DNA from: an uncultured archaeon
GTDB lineage: Archaea > Asgardarchaeota > Lokiarchaeia > Sigyniarchaeales > SOKP01
NCBI GenBank assembly: GCA_964493715.1
Contig: CAZBPC010000055.1
Coordinates: forward strand, 1 to 21,824
DNA length: 21,824 bases
Reading direction: 5' to 3'
The number at the start of each line of letters is the position of its first letter. The stretch's first letter is position 1. Positions 1-8,238 of this stretch are shown here, one piece after another. The translations under genes and the position numbers were made by a program. A model generated the notes under the pieces. The model searched no databases and had not been told where the DNA came from. It was given only the letters and a program-made list of their open reading frames with translations.

Positions 1-829
1 AAATTAGTCCAGCTGTTAATGGATCGAATCCTATATATTCAAACCAAATAATCATGAAAAAGATCCCATTCCAAGGGATTGATCCGGCCGTTCCTTGAAG
101 GACAATCAAAAGAAACGTTTTATTTTTTAGAATCTTTTTAAAGTCGGAGCGTGACAGCATAAATCTTTCTGCTTTTTCTGAAGTTAAAACCTCCTGTAAT
201 TCTGGTTCCATCTCACCTCGTATGGGATCTTTAGCAAAAATTAAAACTAAGACACCAATTAAAGCGCTAATTACTCCCCAGATAATAAATACAAATCTCC
301 AACTATCGATTCCGAGAATTTGTTTATAAGCACCTACTAATGCTGTCGCAACTATAGTTCCAAGAATACTCCCGATCACGCCAGTAAGGGCAAACCATCC
401 AAAAGCTTTTCCTCGTTTGCTTGGAGAAAAATAATCGGAGATGAGAGATTGAGCGGTAGGAACAATTACAGCAAGCCCTATCCCAGTGATAGCTCTATAA
501 ATTAGCATATCTATAAATAAGGTACTGAAAGCCACCATAATCGTGAAAGCGGCCCATAAGAAACATCCTATAGCTAAAACTCGCTTTCTTGAATGCTTAT
601 CGCTCCACCAACCCCATAATGGAGTTGCAAGAGCTTGTAGTAATGATCTTATTCCTGTCAAATTACCTAAATCTACAATGCTTAAGCCAGTTGAGTTTTG
701 AATTTGCCCATAGACTGCAGGAAAAATCTGGCCATCCGAATTATCAATTATATTTGCTAAATTTATTGTGACTTGTGTACCTGTTCTACCAGGAACTTTT
801 CTTATATCATCTTCTTTTTTTTTAGACAT
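1..829 (-). CDS. MFS transporter (Spinster-like), runs off the left edge of the window; not in the ORF track
   Basis: Hand translation from ATG 829 (alternative in-frame ATG 838): MSKKKEDDIRKVPGRTGTQVTINLANIIDNSDGQIFPAVY...LWGWWSDKHSRKRVL (MFS motif A)...YRAITGIGLA...SLISDYFSPSKRGKAFGW...LQGTAGSIPW; multiple hydrophobic helices. Confidence 0.9.
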   Translation of the reverse strand, partial: MSKKKEDDIRKVPGRTGTQVTINLANIIDNSDGQIFPAVYGQIQNSTGLSIVDLGNLTGIRSLLQALATPLWGWWSDKHSRKRVLAIGCFLWAAFTIMVAFSTLFIDMLIYRAITGIGLAVIVPTAQSLISDYFSPSKRGKAFGWFALTGVIGSILGTIVATALVGAYKQILGIDSWRFVFIIWGVISALIGVLVLIFAKDPIRGEMEPELQEVLTSEKAERFMLSRSDFKKILKNKTFLLIVLQGTAGSIPWNGIFFMIIWFEYIGFDPLTAGLI

Positions 830-1091
830 GATACTCATCTTTATTTTTTTTTTTTTGAAAAATTTTTATATGAAAATTAAGAGAAGTAGAATTTTAAACT
901 AAATAAACATATGGGTCTCTCACTTTCAATTCTTAAAAATATTATTTAGTGAAAAAATACTTTTAAAGATAAAACTAAAAGAAAAAATTAAGAGTGAATT
1001 GGTTCATTTGTCAAAATGTCAAAATAGGTTATCTTTCGGGTATGATGTCTAAGCATTATCCTTAAATACCTTCTTTTTATTCTTTATTATT

Positions 1092-2267
1092 ATGGATATA
1101 AATATTTTCTTATTTTTGAGCGGAATTTTTTTACTAACATACGTTATTGGGATGCTAATAGAAAAGATCCATATTCCGTGGATTTTTTCTGCGTTGATTT
1201 TAGGATTTATTCTTGCGATTTTTAATCCTTTTTCTTCGATTACATCTTCTCCAACGTTTGATTTTTTTTCCCAATTGGGGATGTACTTTTTACTTTTTAT
1301 TATTGGTTTTGAAGTAGATCTAAAAGAAATGAGAAAGATGGGGAAATTTATCATTAAATCGACTGTAATAACGATTTCTTTGGCAACACTTTTTGGGACT
1401 CTACTCATTTATTTTGTTTTCAGAGTAGATTTATTTATCTCGATTATTCTTAGTATGTCATTTGCAACAGTGGGAGAAGAAATTTTAATACCTATTTTGG
1501 ATGAATTCAAATTGACCAACAAACCATTAGGACAAACTATTATTGGAGTAGGCAGTTTAGATGATATAATTGAAGTTCTTTCTTTAATTTTTGTTATTTT
1601 ATTAGTAGGTTCAAATTCACCTCAAGGAGATTTTAACATATGGGTAATAATAATTGCTCTTTTTGTCTTGTTTGCCCTAACAATTGGATTGATTAAATTT
1701 AAAAAAGAACGCAACAAATTTAAACACACAGGAGTTGAACCACTCTTTGTTTTTGTCATTTTTGTTCTATTCTTATTTATAGGCATAGGTACGTTTGCTG
1801 AAGCCGCTCCACTTGCTGCACTGTTAGCAGGGATTGGTTTAAGAACATTCATGCCACAGGACAGATTAAAAGTCATAGAATCAGAAGTCAAAACAATATG
1901 TTATGGTTTTTTTGCTCCGATATTTTTTTTAATGGTGGGTGTGTCAATGAACTTCATATATCTTGTTACTTTTCCATTACTGATAATATTAGTTGTGTTG
2001 GTAAGCATTGCAGCAAAATTGTTAGCCAGTTATATTAGTGGGAAAAAAAGGCTTGGTAAAAAGGATTCAACTTTATTAGGGATTGGACTATCGGTAAAAT
2101 TTAGCACTAGTATTGTTTTAATTTCAATATTATTTGAAAACAATTTGATAACTTCTGGCTTGTATTCAATTATCATTGCTTCTAGCATGATTTTTGCCTT
2201 TCTAATTCCTATTTTATTCTCAGGGTTATTAGCAAAATGGAAATCGTCTCTAAATTTGGAAAATTAA
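1092..2267 (+). CDS. Cation:proton antiporter (CPA2, NapA/KefB-like)
   Basis: 391 aa, strongly hydrophobic; GMYFLLFIIGFEVD, SLDDII, GFFAPIFFLMVG and AAKLLAS match CPA2 motifs. Confidence 0.88.
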   Translation: MDINIFLFLSGIFLLTYVIGMLIEKIHIPWIFSALILGFILAIFNPFSSITSSPTFDFFSQLGMYFLLFIIGFEVDLKEMRKMGKFIIKSTVITISLATLFGTLLIYFVFRVDLFISIILSMSFATVGEEILIPILDEFKLTNKPLGQTIIGVGSLDDIIEVLSLIFVILLVGSNSPQGDFNIWVIIIALFVLFALTIGLIKFKKERNKFKHTGVEPLFVFVIFVLFLFIGIGTFAEAAPLAALLAGIGLRTFMPQDRLKVIESEVKTICYGFFAPIFFLMVGVSMNFIYLVTFPLLIILVVLVSIAAKLLASYISGKKRLGKKDSTLLGIGLSVKFSTSIVLISILFENNLITSGLYSIIIASSMIFAFLIPILFSGLLAKWKSSLNLEN

Positions 2268-2414
2268 TTACTAAATAATAATAATAAAAAATTAAAAATC
2301 ATTTACTTTTTTCTTCTATAGAATACCATTTTGGAAGAATTCATTATAAAATAATTGTATTTGATTACAAAATTCTTTTATTTAGTATTTATAATAAAAA
2401 TCTTAAAATAACAT

Positions 2415-3779
2415 GTGAAAACTAATAAACCTATGAAAGTAGTAATTATTGGAAATAACGTAGCAGGGACTTTCACGGCTCAAAATATAAGATCTCTCAA
2501 TGAAGATATTGAAATCCACATCTATACGCAAGAACAGTATCCTTACTACACAAGGATTAAACTTCCAGAATTAATATCAAAAAAAGTCAACATTGAGAAT
2601 ATAATAGTATTTAAAGAAAATTGGTATAAGACCAACCGAATAAATTTACATCTGAATAAAAAAGTACTAAAAATCGATCCAAAGAATAAAACTATCTTTT
2701 TTGAGAGGGATAGTAACCCATTACAATATGATAAACTGATCCTTGCTTTAGGAAGTATTCCAAATATTCCATCTATTAAAAATGCAAGAGAAATGAAGGA
2801 TCAAAATAAAGGTGTGTTCACTTTACGAAGTATAGATGATGCATTAAACATTAGAGAATATATCGAAAAATTGTCCGTAAAGAAAGCGATTGTAATTGGA
2901 GGAGGGCTTTTAGGATTAGAATTGGCGAATCAGTTAAAAGATACAACCCTAGAAACCACGGTTGTAGAATTTTTTCCAAGATTATTACCACGACAACTTG
3001 ATGAAGAATGTGGAACCATGCTTAAAGATGAAATCGAAAACCGGGGCATTAAAGTGGTTTTGAATGCCACTACTGAAGAAATCTTGGGAAACAGTAAGGT
3101 TAGTGGAATTAAATTAAAGGATGGAAGAATTCTTGATGCAGGTATAATTCTGATCCAAGCTGGAATTAATTTAACAATTGATTTGGCTAAAAATGCAGGA
3201 ATTACGACGAATAGGGGAATTTTAGTAAATGAATTTATGGAGACTAGTGAAAAGGAGATTTATGCCGTAGGAGATTGCATCGAATACAAAAATCAAGTTT
3301 GGGGAATCATCCCTGCATGCATGGAACAATCAAAAATAGCAGCAGCTTCCATCATTGGATCCCAAAAGGTTGAATATGAGGGAACCACCCCCAAAAATAC
3401 TTTAAAGATAGTCGGTCTTGATCTTACTTCAATAGGCGTAATAGATCCCTCAAGGGAAGAATCTGGGGGTTGGGATATTTTAAAAAAAGCGGATAAGAAA
3501 GATTGTTGCTATCAAAAAATAATTCTAAAGGATAATAAACTCAAGGGAGCGATTCTTTTAGGAGAAAATAAAGCGATGCCATATATCACTAAAAAAATGG
3601 AAGAAGATGTAGATAAAGAAGAGCTTAGAAATTTGTTAGAATTATATGTTTATGTGTGTAATAATTGTGGAATGGAATATGATGAAGCAAAAATGAATGT
3701 CATGTTTGATGACTTGCCCGATGATTTTAAATGTCCAGGTTGCGGTGGATCCAAGGATAATTTTAGAAAAAAGGAATAA
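2415..3779 (+). CDS. NAD(P)H:rubredoxin oxidoreductase-like flavoprotein with a C-terminal rubredoxin domain (start may be ATG 2433)
   Basis: VVIIGNNVAG (FAD), YDKLILALGS, VIGGGLLGLE (NADH), IYAVGDC; C-terminal CNNCG...LPDDFKCPGCG. Confidence 0.9.
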   Translation: MKTNKPMKVVIIGNNVAGTFTAQNIRSLNEDIEIHIYTQEQYPYYTRIKLPELISKKVNIENIIVFKENWYKTNRINLHLNKKVLKIDPKNKTIFFERDSNPLQYDKLILALGSIPNIPSIKNAREMKDQNKGVFTLRSIDDALNIREYIEKLSVKKAIVIGGGLLGLELANQLKDTTLETTVVEFFPRLLPRQLDEECGTMLKDEIENRGIKVVLNATTEEILGNSKVSGIKLKDGRILDAGIILIQAGINLTIDLAKNAGITTNRGILVNEFMETSEKEIYAVGDCIEYKNQVWGIIPACMEQSKIAAASIIGSQKVEYEGTTPKNTLKIVGLDLTSIGVIDPSREESGGWDILKKADKKDCCYQKIILKDNKLKGAILLGENKAMPYITKKMEEDVDKEELRNLLELYVYVCNNCGMEYDEAKMNVMFDDLPDDFKCPGCGGSKDNFRKKE

Positions 3780-3794
3780 ATAAGAGAAAAAATC

Positions 3795-3941
3795 ATGACC
3801 GTTTATAGATGTAAAAGATGTAATTATCTCTATATTGATGAGGAACAAGGAAAAGCCTTTGAACATGTCGAACGTGATTACAAATGTCCTAATTGTCGTG
3901 CCTCAAAGAGTTTCTTTGTTAAAAAGGAACATATCAAGTAA
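3795..3941 (+). CDS. Small rubredoxin-like protein, 48 aa; not in the ORF track
   Basis: MTVYRCKRCNYLYIDEEQGKAFEHVERDYKCPNCRASKSFFVKKEHIK*; two CxxC motifs with rubredoxin spacing and conserved aromatics; starts 15 nt after the upstream stop. Confidence 0.85.
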   Translation: MTVYRCKRCNYLYIDEEQGKAFEHVERDYKCPNCRASKSFFVKKEHIK

Positions 3942-3987
3942 GGTTTTTAAATTTATTATCATGTTTCTTTTTTTAGGTGAAGATATT

Positions 3988-5610
3988 ATGGTATATGATA
4001 TAATTATTAAAAATGGTAAAATAATTAGTGGTGCAGGGAATCCTTGGTATCACGGAGAAATTGGCATTATAGGAGGAAGAATTGCCAAAATCAGACCCAA
4101 GATAAATAATGATGCTGAGAAAATAATTGATGCCTATGGGTTAATCGTTTGTCCGGGATTTATTGATATTCATTCTCATACTGATTATATCTTACCGGTA
4201 AATAGAAGTCAAGAATCAACCTTGTGTCAAGGAATCACGACAACAATGGTAGGCATGTGCGGAGATGGAATGGCTCCTATTCCGAAAGGTAAGGAAAAAG
4301 ATTTTAAGAAAAAAATAGCAAAAATCGATCCTGTACTTAAACAATTTGATTATCCTTATCACACTTTCAAAGAATACTTGGAATATAATGATCGCAAAAG
4401 AAATTCAGCAAACTTAGCTTTTTGTGTAGGTTATGGGAACATAAGGTGGGCAGGAGGTCAAGCTTTTGAAAATCGAGTAGCAACACCAGAAGAAATGGAA
4501 CGGATGAAAAGTTATTTACGAGAAGCCATGGAAGCTGGAGCGTTCGGGATGAGTACAGGGTTGATTTATGCCCCTCAAATTTTTGCTAAAACGGAAGAAT
4601 TAATTGAACTAGCAACAATAGTGGGGGAATATAATGGATTGTACTTCTCGCATATTCGGAGTGAAGGAAAGGAGATTATTAAAGCAATAAAAGAAGCTAT
4701 CGAAATCGTCGAAAAATCGGGATGCCGTGGAGGTCAAATCGCACACCATAAAGTTGCTGGTGAACAATTTTGGGGAGGAAGCATCCATACTTTAAAATTA
4801 TTTGAGGACGCTAATGAAAGAGGAATACTCATGACCTATGATCAATATCCGTATAATAGAGGCATGTCAGATCTTGCAACAGCACTCCCACCGTGGACTC
4901 GTGAAGGAAATAATGATATTATCCTAGAACGAATAAAAGATCCAGAAATTCAAGAGAAAATCAAAAAGGATGTTGAGGAAGGAATCGAAGGATGGGAAAA
5001 TTGGATTAAAAATGAAGGGATGAAAAACATTTACATCTCAACCGTGGGTTCAGATAAGTGGAGGGATGTCGCTACTTTAAGCATTCCTGAAATCACTAAA
5101 AAGAAAGGTTTGATTGATGATTGGGATACCTTTTTTACATTACTGATTGATAATAAATTGGCGGTAGGAATCACGATTGAAAGTATGGGCGAGGAGGATG
5201 TACGACGAATAATGACGGGACGGTATCAAATGGTAGGTACTGATGGAGCAGGTATTCCTGCATCTTTCAGTTCTGGAGCATTTCATCCCCGATTTTTTGG
5301 GACCTATCCCCGCATTCTAGGTAAATATGTAAGAGAGGAAGAAATCTTAACCCTTGAAGAAGCGATACGAAAGATGACCTCTTTTCCAGCGAGTAAGCTT
5401 GGCCTTCAAGATAGGGGGCTAATTCGGGAAGGAAATTGGGCAGATATCGTCATGCTTGATCCATTAAAAGTAAAAGATACCGCTACTTATGAACACCCTT
5501 ATCAACTTCCCGAAGGAATTCCACATGTTATCGTGAATGGAGTAATTGTGGTCCAAAATGGAAAAAAAAATAAAAAATCTCCGGGAAAAGTTATCCTACG
5601 CCCAACCTAA
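3988..5610 (+). CDS. N-acyl-D-amino-acid deacylase (D-aminoacylase family amidohydrolase); true start ATG 3988, not 3835
   Basis: MVYDIIIKNG start preceded by AGGTGA (3975-3980); PGFIDIHSH, GMCGDG, SHIRSE, HHKVAG, GTDG, HPRFFGTYPR, EEAIRKMT motifs; the longer ORF call overlaps the rubredoxin gene. Confidence 0.92.
   Translation: MVYDIIIKNGKIISGAGNPWYHGEIGIIGGRIAKIRPKINNDAEKIIDAYGLIVCPGFIDIHSHTDYILPVNRSQESTLCQGITTTMVGMCGDGMAPIPKGKEKDFKKKIAKIDPVLKQFDYPYHTFKEYLEYNDRKRNSANLAFCVGYGNIRWAGGQAFENRVATPEEMERMKSYLREAMEAGAFGMSTGLIYAPQIFAKTEELIELATIVGEYNGLYFSHIRSEGKEIIKAIKEAIEIVEKSGCRGGQIAHHKVAGEQFWGGSIHTLKLFEDANERGILMTYDQYPYNRGMSDLATALPPWTREGNNDIILERIKDPEIQEKIKKDVEEGIEGWENWIKNEGMKNIYISTVGSDKWRDVATLSIPEITKKKGLIDDWDTFFTLLIDNKLAVGITIESMGEEDVRRIMTGRYQMVGTDGAGIPASFSSGAFHPRFFGTYPRILGKYVREEEILTLEEAIRKMTSFPASKLGLQDRGLIREGNWADIVMLDPLKVKDTATYEHPYQLPEGIPHVIVNGVIVVQNGKKNKKSPGKVILRPT
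5353..5387 (+). repeat. 35-bp perfect direct repeat, copy 1 (inside the D-aminoacylase 3' region)
   Basis: CTTGAAGAAGCGATACGAAAGATGACCTCTTTTCC is identical at 5353-5387 and 6437-6471. Confidence 0.97.
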
Positions 5611-5646
5611 ACTAAAAAAAGGTAAAAAATGAAATTTAAATAGAAT

Positions 5647-5662
5647 AGTATACAAATATACT
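5647..5662. promoter_or_regulatory. Inverted repeat upstream of the antitoxin gene; candidate autoregulatory operator
   Basis: AGTATA-CAAA-TATACT ending 13 nt before ATG 5676; TA operons are commonly autorepressed through such sites. Confidence 0.45.
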
Positions 5663-5675
5663 TTGGTAAACTAAT

Positions 5676-5960
5676 ATGTCAGTTGTAAAAATTAAAAATA
5701 AAAAAAGTCTAGAACAACTTCAAGCGAAATTAACCTTGAGATTGGGTCGAAAACCCACTCAACAAGAAACACTTGATTACTGTCTCATTTTAGCTAATCA
5801 AAATTTTGAAAAAGTCATTGAAATAGCAATGCAACTTCCAATGCTAAATTCAAAAAGAGTCCAAGAGATTATTGAAAAAAGAAACAGCTTGGATGACATT
5901 CCTTATAACTCTAATATTCAATTTGATTCAGAAAATGATACAGATATTTATAACTCATAA
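5676..5960 (+). CDS. Putative antitoxin (VapB-like, probable ribbon-helix-helix N-terminus)
   Basis: 94 aa; beta-strand-like start SVVKIK followed by helices, acidic C-terminal tail; 3 nt upstream of a PIN gene. Confidence 0.7.
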   Translation: MSVVKIKNKKSLEQLQAKLTLRLGRKPTQQETLDYCLILANQNFEKVIEIAMQLPMLNSKRVQEIIEKRNSLDDIPYNSNIQFDSENDTDIYNS

Positions 5961-5963
5961 TGG

Positions 5964-6404
5964 GTGCTTAATTTGGGCGTTTTTCTTGATAGCGGTTTTT
6001 ATCTTGGTCTTTGTCACCCAAAGGATAAATACGCGGAACAAAGCGAACGAATTTTAAAAGAATTAGCCACGGGGAATTATGGAGTTCTCTATACATCTTA
6101 TTTCATTGTAAATGAAGTCACAACATTAGCCGCAATTAGATCTAAAAATAACATCAAAGTGTTCAACCACCTTGAAAAATTATTATGGGGGAGTGAGAAA
6201 ATTGCAAGTATTCTTCCTTTCGATTTAAATAATGAACACGAAACATGGGAATTATTCAAAAAGATAAATATTACTGACTTGAAAGATAAAAAACCAATGA
6301 GTTTTACAGATATCAGTTCTATTATATTATGCAATCACCACCAAATCGAACATATCGTGAGCTTTGATTCTCATTTTGATAGGTTTCTTCAAAGAGTATT
6401 TTAA
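5964..6404 (+). CDS. vapC: PIN-domain VapC-family toxin (GTG start)
   Basis: VFLDSG, IVNEV, SFTD, SFDSHF give the acidic PIN catalytic residues; 146 aa. Confidence 0.9.
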   Translation: MLNLGVFLDSGFYLGLCHPKDKYAEQSERILKELATGNYGVLYTSYFIVNEVTTLAAIRSKNNIKVFNHLEKLLWGSEKIASILPFDLNNEHETWELFKKINITDLKDKKPMSFTDISSIILCNHHQIEHIVSFDSHFDRFLQRVF

Positions 6405-6424
6405 ATATAATAAATCAATTATTA

Positions 6425-6611
6425 AAGATTTTAACTCTTGAAGAAGCGATACGAAAGATGACCTCTTTTCCTGCGAGAAAGCTCGGGCTGCAAGATAGAG
6501 AGCTAATTCGAAGGGATTCCTCATATTATTGAATAAATAGTAGTAGCTGTGGTGCAAAATGGAAAAAAAAATAAAAAGTCACCCAGAAAAGTTATACATC
6601 ATATTCATTGA
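6425..6611 (+). pseudogene. Decayed duplicate of the D-aminoacylase 3' end
   Basis: Reads KILTLEEAIRKMTSFPARKLGLQDRELIR / EGIPHIIE*IVVAVVQNGKKNKKSPRKVI versus intact EILTLEEAIRKMTSFPASKLGLQDRGLIR...EGIPHVIVNGVIVVQNGKKNKKSPGKVI; has an internal deletion of about 85 bp and a premature stop. Confidence 0.93.
6437..6471 (+). repeat. 35-bp perfect direct repeat, copy 2
   Basis: Identical to 5353-5387. Confidence 0.97.
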
Positions 6612-6708
6612 GAAGATATTTATAAAATATTAAATTAATATTTTTATTATACATTCAATTACCAAATCCATCAAAAATTAAATATCAACAAAATTTAATG
6701 TGAATATT

Positions 6709-6843
6709 ATGGCTAAATATGAGTGTGGAGCTTGCGGCTATGTTTATGACGAAGATGTCGAAGGAACAAAATGGGAAGACCTCCCCGATGACTGGGTGTG
6801 CCCAGTATGTGGAGTAGATAAGAGTTTCTTTACTAAAATTTAA
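6709..6843 (+). CDS. Rubredoxin, 44 aa, short-chain type; not in the ORF track
   Basis: [44 protein letters not shown]; canonical CxxCGY and [11 protein letters not shown]. Confidence 0.97.
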   Translation: MAKYECGACGYVYDEDVEGTKWEDLPDDWVCPVCGVDKSFFTKI

Positions 6844-6862
6844 GAACAGACCATTGAATATT

Positions 6863-6880
6863 ACTTTTTTTATTTTTTTC
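6863..6880 (+). terminator. Oligo-T tract after the rubredoxin gene (possible archaeal-type terminator)
   Basis: ACTTTTTTTATTTTTTTC about 20 nt after the stop codon. Confidence 0.35.
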
Positions 6881-7022
6881 ATTTAATTATTAAAACATTT
6901 TAATTTCATTTTAATTCTTAAACTTCTGGCAAATTTCTAAAAAATAGAAATCAAATTTATAAAAAGTATAAATCTCTAATTCATATTATAATATACTACT
7001 ACTAAAAAAGGGTGAAAATTAC

Positions 7023-8234
7023 ATGAATGATTTAGAAATCATGAAAGATGTTTCATATGTTGGATACGTGGATTGGGAAGTTAGGAACTTTCATGGCTAT
7101 TCAACGCATAAAGGATCATCATATAATGCATATTTGGTAAAAACGGGAGATAAATACGTGTTGATAGATACTGTAAAAAGACCATACTTCAAGTATTATT
7201 TAGAAAACATTCAAGCAGTGTGTGATCCAAAAGATATTGCCTATTTTATCGTGAATCATATCGAACCTGATCATTCAGGTTCCTTTCCGTTAATATTAGA
7301 ATATTTACCTAATGCTGAGATTATAGCCTCAACCAAGGGGGTAGAAATTTTAGAACAACATTATCACGAAGAAGTAGATAAAATTGTTTTTGAAAAAATA
7401 CGCGCAGTAAAAAATGGTGATACTTTAAACGTTGGAAATGGTAAAATTTTTACTTTTGTTCCTATTCCGATGATTCATTGGCCTGATTCGATGGTTTCTT
7501 TTATGACTGACGAGAATGGGAAAAATGTGTTATTTTCCAACGATGCCTTCGGGCAGCATTTTGCGACATCAAAACACTGGGATGATGAAAATAATTTTTC
7601 AGAAATAATGTGGGAAGCGGAAAAGTATTATGCGAACATTTTACTTCATTTATCAAATCTGATTGCTAAAACCCTCCCTGTTGTTGGAGCCCTGCCAATA
7701 GAGATCATTTGTCCTTCACATGGGGTGTGCTGGAGAAAACATATTCCTGATATCATAGAAGCTTATACTAAATGGTCGAGTGGTGAAATTGAAGAAAATA
7801 CTGCATTGATTATTTATGATAGCATGTGGGAAAGTACAACCAAGATTGCGAAAGAATTATACCACGAGATTTGGCGAAGGGGAATTCCGGTAAAAAGATT
7901 CAATTTAACTTCTTCTGATTATAGTGATGTTATAACCGAAGCAATGAAAGCTAAAGCGATTTTAGTTGGAAGTCCAACTTTAAATAGGGGCCTTTTTCCT
8001 TCAGTAGCACAATATTTATGCTACCAAAAAGGCTTAAAACCTATGAACAAGGTCGGTTTAGCATTCGGGTCGTATGGTTGGAGTAGAGGAGCAGTTAGAA
8101 CTATAATCAGTGAAATGGAAGCCACGGGAATAGCGATGTTGGACGATTCAATTGAAATACAATTCGTACCAAGGCCTAGTGATTTAAACTTTAAGGAAAT
8201 CGTGGATAAATTAGTTAAAAAAATGGAGGCATAA
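7023..8234 (+). CDS. fprA: Class A flavodiiron protein (O2/NO reductase)
   Basis: GSSYNAYL, NHIEPDHSGS (HxExDH), IHWPDSM, FSNDAFGQH, PSHG; flavodoxin domain YDSMWESTT, GSPTLN, FGSYGWS; GGGTGA RBS at 7010-7015. Confidence 0.96.
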   Translation: MNDLEIMKDVSYVGYVDWEVRNFHGYSTHKGSSYNAYLVKTGDKYVLIDTVKRPYFKYYLENIQAVCDPKDIAYFIVNHIEPDHSGSFPLILEYLPNAEIIASTKGVEILEQHYHEEVDKIVFEKIRAVKNGDTLNVGNGKIFTFVPIPMIHWPDSMVSFMTDENGKNVLFSNDAFGQHFATSKHWDDENNFSEIMWEAEKYYANILLHLSNLIAKTLPVVGALPIEIICPSHGVCWRKHIPDIIEAYTKWSSGEIEENTALIIYDSMWESTTKIAKELYHEIWRRGIPVKRFNLTSSDYSDVITEAMKAKAILVGSPTLNRGLFPSVAQYLCYQKGLKPMNKVGLAFGSYGWSRGAVRTIISEMEATGIAMLDDSIEIQFVPRPSDLNFKEIVDKLVKKMEA

Positions 8235-8238
8235 ACTC

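Noticed and set aside
589-771. 60-aa plus-strand ORF
   Set aside because: Antisense to the MFS transporter, no motifs
3835-3987. N-terminal extension of the 591-aa amidohydrolase ORF
   Set aside because: Overlaps the rubredoxin-like gene in another frame; family homology and the AGGTGA RBS point to ATG 3988
5611-6436. IS element, integron cassette or prophage explanation for the TA insert
   Set aside because: No transposase, integrase, terminal inverted repeats or attC-like structure visible
6327-6557. 76-aa minus-strand ORF
   Set aside because: Antisense shadow across the vapC end and the D-aminoacylase remnant
6685-6882. 65-aa minus-strand ORF
   Set aside because: Antisense to the clear rubredoxin gene
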